A stretch of DNA of 59,994 bases, the filler included, from Sluysia triapertura (taxonomy: Eukaryota), in the NCBI GenBank assembly GCA_046118255.1. It is 4 parts of 4 records of this genome, joined end to end, with 100 filler letters (N's around TTAATTAATTAA, not from the genome) between each part and the next. Parts side by side here need not be neighbours in the genome. Positions count along the whole stretch, not along the records: positions 46,905 to 59,994 come from JBJNIA010060427.1; 3 more parts are not named here. One strand, 5' to 3'. The notes under the pieces are model-generated. The model saw only the letters and a list, made by a program, of their open reading frames with translations, did not search any database and was not told the origin of the DNA. Both the position numbers and the translations under genes were made by a program. Positions 51,879-59,994 of the stretch are shown piece after piece. The first letter of the stretch is position 1. Every line of letters starts with the position of its first letter.

Positions 51879-54177
51879 GTTTATTTTGATTATTATTATT
51901 ATTTTATACATATAAAAATTGTCCCTGCACAAAACTGAATAGAACGTACTTCTATCCAAAATTTTGTAAGTAGTTTCATTGTAAAATATTCATTAAAAAT
52001 AATAAAATCAAAATCTTAAATTTCCACGCTATAGAAATGTAATATTTCTTCATCTGATGTTTCATACATATCTGAAATTATCGTTTCTGGCTATTTTACA
52101 TGGTTGCCTTTGATCTTGGACCTAATTATAAAGACTAAAATAACCAAACATATTACATTACTAACCTAAAGCATTTATATCGAATGACTCATGAAATTAT
52201 TTCGAAACATTTAACTTATCGTTTAAAGTCGCATTTTTTAAAAACCTGCACTATTCATGCAAAACTCTCTAAATTTAGTTCAGTTCAACAATTTCTCATG
52301 GAAAATCTTCATGATTACTATGATTCACTTTCAGAAAAATAAGACTTTTTATTTACAAAGTTCTATCAGAACATATTTTCAAAAAAACTTAACATCCAAA
52401 GATTCGAAATTACTTATTCTTGTTTTAGTATCTCTATTCTTTCAATGGTTGCTTTATTTTTGATGATTAATAGAAGAATAATAAACTATTATTGATTGAT
52501 TTCATTATTATAGTTGATTTTGAAAATGCTTGTTCGATAACAATATTCTTGGTCAATAAAATAATGCATTAATGCACTCATAATAGAGTGATAGTAAGTT
52601 AATATTAAAATAGGATTTTAAATAATTGAAATACATTGTACATTTATTTTCTGTCTATACAAAGTAATTTTTTGCAAATTATTTTTTAATAGCAAATTGG
52701 CATCACATAGCAAGATTATTTACCACAGACATGATACTATAAATGAAAAAATAAAGTTCATCTCGAAGTTAATTAATGGAAATGTTTATTAATGAAAAGT
52801 TGTAAATTAGTGGACTTAAACGATTGCCACTATTAGAACTGTCACAAGCAAAATTCCATGCAACCAGCGTCTTTATTTGATCCCTTACCAACCACAGAAT
52901 AATGAAGAGTAGGTAGTTAAATGTTAATGATGAAAGTAAACAAAGCCACTTGATATTATAAATTAAATATTTAGTATAATATTATTTGTACACGAAAAAA
53001 ATTGATTTTCTGCGTTTCAAACTTTTTCGATGCGCCAAATTAGAGATTTATTTCGTTACGTTATAAAGTTTTCTAATAACAATCATGAAAATTATTGGTA
53101 TAATGGATAATGAAAAAATAACAAGTAATATCGACTAAAATTCTAATTAATTAAAACCTTAGTTCTGCAAAACCTTACTTTCCAATCCCTCTTGAGACTT
53201 TTTTGATTAAAATAAAGTACAAATAAGATAACAAGAACTTTTATTTAAACTGTATATGTAAAGTAAATAAAATTTCAAAACGAATTATACAAATAATTAC
53301 ACAAAACATTAATTTAAACCAGTTATTTAATAAAAATTAAATTATACAGAACGAACTTTAAAAATTAAATGACAAATTACTCGCTCAATTAGAATAATAA
53401 TAATAATTTGTTCTTGTTTAGTAACTTTCTTCACAATCGGTAAGATAGAATAATAGAATATCTAAATTCACTGGTGTGGGTTCTACTTATTCTTTACTTT
53501 CCTTTATGCTCGTTAAAATAATAAACTTGTCATTTTATTTAGTACTTTAAGAAAAATGATTTTCCTAGTAATATAATCTTCCTGGTTGCTTTAATTTTAT
53601 TCTACTTGGAATTTCTTTTTTAGGTTTATTGATTATGTGCGACAAACCCTGATCAGTCTCATGTATTAATTTTATTTTAACATTTAAATCTTAATATAGT
53701 TATATATTCCTTATTCCATATGCAATATATGTTATAACAATTTTAATTTACGAAGTGTCTCTTAATTTAGAGAATGAGCTCTACACTCGTTTCCGCTATT
53801 CGAGATGGAAGAGCTTAAACAATAAATTGAAATATCAATCGATCACTCCTTTTCTTCTTTGTTATAATAAATTAGATATCAAAATTACTCAAGTCTACAT
53901 GTTTATTCAATCACATTAAAATAAATAACGATGTACATAATCATTATCAGTAATAGATATATTGATTGAGTTTAATTATTTAAAAAATCAAATAATAGTT
54001 AAAGAAAAAAGATTTTATTTACCTGTAATCCAAATAAACTTATCACTATCCGTAAGCGTTAGTGTTTCCTCCGTTCCTATAAATTTTACCGTCGTTCCTA
54101 TTAATAATTTTTTTTGTGTGTTGAGTGTCTATTTATACCCTTTACTTAAATACAGAGTTATTAAGTTCCAATTACGT

Positions 54178-54179
<2 letters not shown>

Positions 54180-54229
<50 letters not shown>
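54180..54229. repeat. (AAT)n microsatellite
   Basis: Perfect run followed by (CAT)n. Confidence 0.97.
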
Positions 54230-54524
54230 GTCATCATCATCATCGTAGTTAATTTCGGTTTACAACTAATCAGTGCCGATAAGTAATATATGATTAAGAT
54301 ATCAATTTTTGTTTATTTACATTTTCGTCCATTACATAAAATTTATCCATTCCATCAAGTTTAATAAAATTATACAAATATACTTAGTTTCGGTTTTCTT
54401 TGAATTTTTCAATATATTATAACACTTTAAATTACACAATCACAACACATTCTATCTGACATTATCGCTTTTTCCTAGTATGATTTTATGATAAATACAA
54501 ATAAAGAATTTAAAAAATTTAAAT

Positions 54525-55627
54525 TTAAAATTTAAATAAAATTTTGCTTTCTTTCATTTCATCACTATACACTTCCTTGATCCCAGTCTTTAGTTTAATC
54601 TCTAAAATAAAAACAACAGTTAAAAAATTGTAAAGATAAACTAATAAAATGATTACGTTGATATACTTCGCGAAGGAATGAATCGTTGTTATACTGGTAG
54701 GCTTATCAATTTTTTGTTTTCCGGAATGATACATGATCATGATGTTTGTCGTTTCTTGTAGTACATGATATTTTAGTGGGAATATTAATTCATCAATTCG
54801 ATAATAATTTTTGTTTCTTTCAGTAGCCGATCTATACGTATGACAAGAATGGTTCCAAAACCAAGTTTTTACTTTAAAAGATCCATTTTTACTACAAATT
54901 ACTTTATGTTGTAGAATTTTACAATGCAATATGTATTTATGTAAATTAGACTTTATTAATGATGGCATTACAAATTGTTCAAGAATCAAGCAGTGTTTCA
55001 TAAATTGGCATTTCAGGTTTCTTAAAATTTGTCTGCAAACTGTCGTAGTTCTGATAATCAGTTGGTTCCTTTATGTATTTATTCGACATTATATATGTAA
55101 TAATTGGATAGACATCTGCTAATTGCCAACAGTTTCGTACAAACATTGCATTACAAAAAGCATGATATTTATCAACTTTATATTAGTTTTTATAACGATG
55201 ATCTAAAGCTTTATAATAACCGGTTGTTATTTCATGATACAATCTTACATAACTATACATTATCAAAACTACAGAGGCATAGGAGCATTCAAAATTTTTT
55301 AATTGAAAAAGGTCATCTTTAAATATAACTGGTTTCAAAGGATCAACTGACAGAATTTTCATGTCACGTGCTATTATCCATAGAAATATTACTCGAGCTT
55401 TCTCAATTTCCTGCAGGTGATATCGATGTATATCATCACAGATTAAATCATAAAATGATAGATATTCCTTGGACTTATTCGCATAATATGAGATTTGATT
55501 GTTTCTAATACAGATGTATTGTCATAGATTTGAAATTTGAAATGACTTGATAGTTCCGACAATGGAGCTTTAGAACGAAATTTCTTGGTGTTAACATAGA
55601 CATTTGAAATTTATCAATTTTCGTCAT
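54525..55627 (-). pseudogene. Decayed hillarin/KY-type transglutaminase-like protein
   Basis: SFYDLICDDIHRYHLQEIEKARVIFLWIIARDM...SYASVVLIMYSYVRLYHEITTGYYKALDHRYKN*...AFCNAMFVRNCWQLADV...LILEQFVMPSLIKSNLHKY parallels recalled hillarin (SF.DLV...DLEKARAIFRWIT.KDL...LCSYAGLHC..IKG.SK...WNAVL.DG.W.LV...ITL.QFE.LP.VRS.FF.Y). In-frame TAA at 55185-55183 and frameshifts are present. Confidence 0.65.
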
Positions 55628-56017
55628 AATCTCACTCTTTTCTTTTTTTGAGTAAATTAAGTATTTTGTATTTTTTTGTAACAAAGAAATTGGAATTCTA
55701 ATAATATTATTACTTCACCAAAACTTTAAATGTCTGACTGACATGATGACCATTGATTGGTCGGCTACAAATAGTAACAAAATTTAGTGTAATACTGGTT
55801 GGATGGGTAGTATTATTGGTATTATTAAAAATCAAATTATATGGTTGTGACGAAACGTTGAAGTAACCACCATAAATGATGTCAACACAACATGTACAGT
55901 AACTCCAAGTGTCACCATTGATAGTGGAAATGTTTTGATGGATTAAATAAATTAAAATTTCAAATATAATGCAAAATATAATAATCACAATAATAATAAT
56001 AATCACAGCAATATTAA

Positions 56018-56019
<2 letters not shown>

Positions 56020-56060
<41 letters not shown>
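56020..56060. repeat. (ATT)n microsatellite
   Basis: Perfect run. Confidence 0.95.
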
Positions 56061-56061
<1 letters not shown>

Positions 56062-58561
56062 TATCAATACATAAATTCTTGCTTTCTAATTGAACATGAT
56101 CTTTCTGTCTTCTGATTTCTTCTTAGGTATTATAATTAAAATGAATTAGACAATTGATAAGATTGAATACAATAACAATATCAAATGCACAATGTTCAAG
56201 ATATTGTTGTTATTGCACTGCATAAACTTGAATTCTTTAAAACTGTACACTATCTTCCTTTTTAGTTCTTCAAGATTTCTTGACATATTGTAATAAATTT
56301 AAAATGTGTTTAGAACTAAAGTTTCTGAGTATAATTTGCTATAACTGAATTAGTATGTGTAGTTAACGTTTCAAGATATGATAGTTGATTTAAATTGTGA
56401 AATGAAATAGAGAATGTTAGAATGAGTTCTTAGATGGTGATTAAAGTTCATAATTGAAAACTACGTTTAAGTATTGGAAGATCGTGGATAAAAGACCTAT
56501 TGAGAAGATTGTAATTTGGTAAACGTAAAAAGGCAACTACAATACAACTCTTGGTATTTGTTTATTTGATGTTTTTGAATGGTATTGTATTGTGTTGATG
56601 GCTATGCATAGACAAATGGTGAATTTAAGATGTTGTAATTGATTCGAAGGTGCAAAGTAGATAATTTACATGTTTTAGATACATTTGTTGGTATAAGTTG
56701 ATGCTATTAAATGTAACTGTGGTTTATATATTATGAGCTTGTGAATATGGCTTAGTTTAGGCAAATGAACTATTTTGTAAAAGTGTAAATATTGAAGTGT
56801 TGAAGGTTTAATTAGTTTTCTTTTTAAAATTGTAACAGTTATAAAGGTTGTCCATTACAACATTTTTGTAATTAGTTTCTGCACATTTGATTAAACAATT
56901 AATTTTATGATTAATTAAATAATATACACAAAGGCTGCAACTTTTATTCATTATTTTGTTTGAATATTGTAAATTTTGTATTGGTACTGCATTTCAGAGT
57001 TATACGAATCCGGAATTAAAAACTGGAAAATGGCGACATTCAAATTTGCGCGATTACTCCTTAATTTGGAAATGATGAATCATGTGATGCTATAATTTAA
57101 TAAATTAACACTGATTTATTTAATAATACATATTGATATTTTCTTTTCCACTCTATGGATTATTGGTTTAGTAAAATTCAACTCACTGACCAATGAATTT
57201 CGATAATGACTAAGGAGCTGTCAATCATGGCTTGACTCACTGCTGCAGATTGTCCATGAAGCGGAGCATTTGTTGAAGTATTCAAAATGATGTTACATTA
57301 AAATGATGAAACACAATATTCAGAAAACATCATTTTCAAATATTCTGTTTTTAATAATAATCGATACACTCATTGGAATATTAAGTTTGTGTTTGTACAG
57401 TCGACTGTATTCAAAATAAAGGATAGAATAACAATGTAGCTCTGGTATGCCTCGACATTTGTTACTATTATTCAAGATCAAGAAGTGAATATGATAAATC
57501 GTAGTATTATTACGTAAGTAATCAAAATAACTATTTAACGCGCTACAATAATAAAACATACTTTAATAGTACAAATTATTTTGGAACAACGTCAAAGCAA
57601 TATCAAAATCATTGTCAACAAATTGTTGTGATACAGGTCCAGAATAATGACATTTTTAATTTGTGGTTGTAACTCATTTAATTCAATTTGAGATTAATGG
57701 AGTAAAGCGCTTATAAATTCTACGCAAAATACGATTACGATTGTTTCAACTACGTTTTAAATAGTGGTTTAAAATCCTAATCAAATTTCAGTACAACTAC
57801 AAATAATTATTAATTACATAAGTTTGACCTCAGAACCTTTAAGAATGTTGATAAAGTTTGTGTATCTTTGTCGTTGGGTTCGTTTCCAATAAATGACATA
57901 TATCCATAACCAATACCTAGATTTGTTATTGCAAGTATCCTTTTATACAATTTATTGCAAGATCTCGTCAAAAACTTAAATTTCTTACTAATTTTCTATT
58001 GTTAAAGAATAAATTTTAATAATGTTTATTATACAAAACTGAATTATAATTGAATTATCAAAAGAACAATTATAACAATCACCTCAAAGTAAGTTTAGAA
58101 GTAGATTTAATCTACCTTAAGAGAGTAATAATTAGCCCTTTATTTATATTAAACAAGGAGGAAAACTAAGCATGTAAACTTAGTTAAAACTGATAGTTGT
58201 GAAAATGTCAAGATCAGCTAACCAATTACCAAAATCGTGGAATATCAATGTTTAATACACCGAGCAATAACTCTAACCAGCAATTACATGGCATTGCTGC
58301 GCTTCTTTTTGTTAATATTAATTGATAAATCAATAAAAAGTTCCAAATTATTGTCATTCAATGATATCAAAATTGAATAATATTGATTTTAAACTAATAC
58401 GTTTCTGACCCATTTTCTTTCTTTAAAAAATTAGTTTCAAAATTAAGTTTCTTATATTTATATTGTTAAAACTCACTAACTGCTTAATATTTATTATAAA
58501 GAAAATTTTGGTGATACGGTCACTTCAGATATTTTCCGTGAATTATAATATAATAAAATGA

Positions 58562-58641
58562 TTGAGTATTTGAATCAATCAAGTAAGAACAAGTATAACT
58601 TGAGTATTTGAATCAATCAAGTAAGAACAAGTATAACTTGA
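58562..58641. repeat. Perfect 38-bp tandem duplication
   Basis: TTGAGTATTTGAATCAATCAAGTAAGAACAAGTATAAC twice plus TTGA. Confidence 0.92.
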
Positions 58642-59934
58642 ATGTACCAAATAATATAAGCTTATTTTGATGCAAACTTTAATTAGTAATATAAAAATAA
58701 TGTTAAATAAATAATATTTAAATTTAATAAATCAATATTACACAGTTATTATGTGATAATTATTACATTACAATTATGATCTTATATTACAATATTTTCT
58801 CCTGCAATTATTGTTTTTATTGTCCGATTTTGCTGCTGAAAAAATGCATTAATGCCATGTCATAAAACTAGAACCTGTCTCTTTACTGACGAATTATTTA
58901 TAGAAATATGTTGTCTTATTTCTGGTATTTTTTGTTTAATATAAAATTCTGTGTTCTAAATTTAATTGTTTTGTTCAAAATAACGTTACATTGTTTTGTT
59001 AAATATTTTAGATGTTGAAAAATGATAAGTTAAATTACAAGATAATAAATTTAATATTTGTTTGTAATGTTAGAAAAACAATAGTAACGTTCACGGCATT
59101 CCCTTTCCATTAAAATTTTTTGATTTATATTTCCTTAACTTCTGGTTGATTTTCTAATTTGTTTTTTTAAAATAATTAAAGTTTTAAAAATATTTAAGAT
59201 TATCTAATTAATAATACATTTACCCTAATTATTTTAAAACAATTTAATAATAATATATTAATTTATATTTCGCTCATATCTACCACAAAGTAAGTGCTCA
59301 AAAGAGCTTAAAGTAAATCATCATTCACTATAATATTTCTGAAACAGAAACAACTTAAATATTTCATAATCTTCCAGTAATTTGACATTCTCTGGTAACT
59401 GCTTATGTATTTTTGAAACAAACGGTATCACTTAGCTCATATTATCACTGTGGATTCTGTATAGATTATTATTATGTCTCAATGAAATATTCATCTTGAT
59501 ACCCAAATTTTTTATTACTTCTAAAAGATATTCAGGACCACCGTAATGTATGTATTTGTAAATCATTGTAATAATTTTGAATTTTATTTTTGGTTATTTA
59601 TATTTTTTAATAAATTTATCTTCTCATTATTATTGTTCTGAGTTCTTTGCACACAATTTTCTTAATAATTTGCGAAGAATCCAAAACTAAATTATTTTAT
59701 TTTCACCTTTATAAAATTACTCTACTTTTATGACACTTTATTTCATTATTTTATTATCGTTAATGTTAATGTTAGGATTGCCATCACAACCCTTTAAAAG
59801 TATCTAAAATATCATTAAAAATTTTAAAAATTACTTAAAAATTATTTAAAAACCTTTAAACAACTATAAAACATTTATTTTCCAAAAAAGAAAATAAGAT
59901 TCCAAAAAAGAAAATACGCTTCTAAAAATAGAAT

Positions 59935-59964
59935 AGAAGCTTCTAGAATGTTCTAGAACATTCT
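59935..59964. promoter_or_regulatory. Perfect heat-shock element (six alternating nGAAn units), followed by a CCAAT box (ATTGG)
   Basis: aGAAg cTTCt aGAAt gTTCt aGAAc aTTCt, a further in-register tTTCt after a one-unit gap, ATTGG at 59975-59979 and TATA at the window edge. Confidence 0.7.
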
Positions 59965-59994
59965 ATCGATTTCTATTGGCTGATGACTAGTATA

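Noticed and set aside
15130-55627. Stop-codon reassignment to explain in-frame stops in gene-like regions
   Set aside because: The same regions also contain frameshifts and deletions, and intact genes end normally in TAA or TGA. Pseudogenisation is the simpler explanation.
57000-59600. Scattered minus-strand exon-like stretches
   Set aside because: I could not assemble a consistent spliced frame or assign homology by eye.
1-59994. CRISPR arrays, tRNA or rRNA genes, prokaryotic operons
   Set aside because: No repeat-spacer array, cloverleaf or rRNA-like sequence was seen; the DNA is eukaryotic with spliceosomal introns.

Overview
Very AT-rich eukaryotic (apparently metazoan) DNA with GT-AG introns, some only about 30-35 nt long. 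That is compatible with a compact parasite genome such as an orthonectid, but the organism cannot be proven from the sequence. The window is not contiguous: three artificial 100-nt linkers (44N-TTAATTAATTAA-44N) split it into four pieces (1-19754, 19855-32139, 32240-46804, 46905-59994). Apparently intact genes or gene parts are a PDZ-domain gene (minus), the last exon of a syntaxin-7/12-like Qa-SNARE, a multi-exon LRRFIP-like coiled-coil gene and five exons of a DUF4139 (F37C4.5-like) gene. There are several decayed copies of cellular genes (SUGCT-like, SF3A3, DDX47-like, hillarin/KY-like), Tigger and mariner transposase remnants, TTAA-flanked piggyBac-type MITEs and (AAT)n microsatellites. 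The most striking signals are: (1) a ~95%-identical inverted copy of the PDZ gene's 3' part, lying just downstream of it and precisely lacking its 85-nt intron, so that a read-through transcript could form a ~420-bp hairpin; (2) a GC-rich DUF4139 gene fragment that looks compositionally foreign; (3) a perfect six-unit heat-shock element at the window end; (4) a scrambled SF3A3 copy. All protein family calls come from recalled motifs, not database searches.
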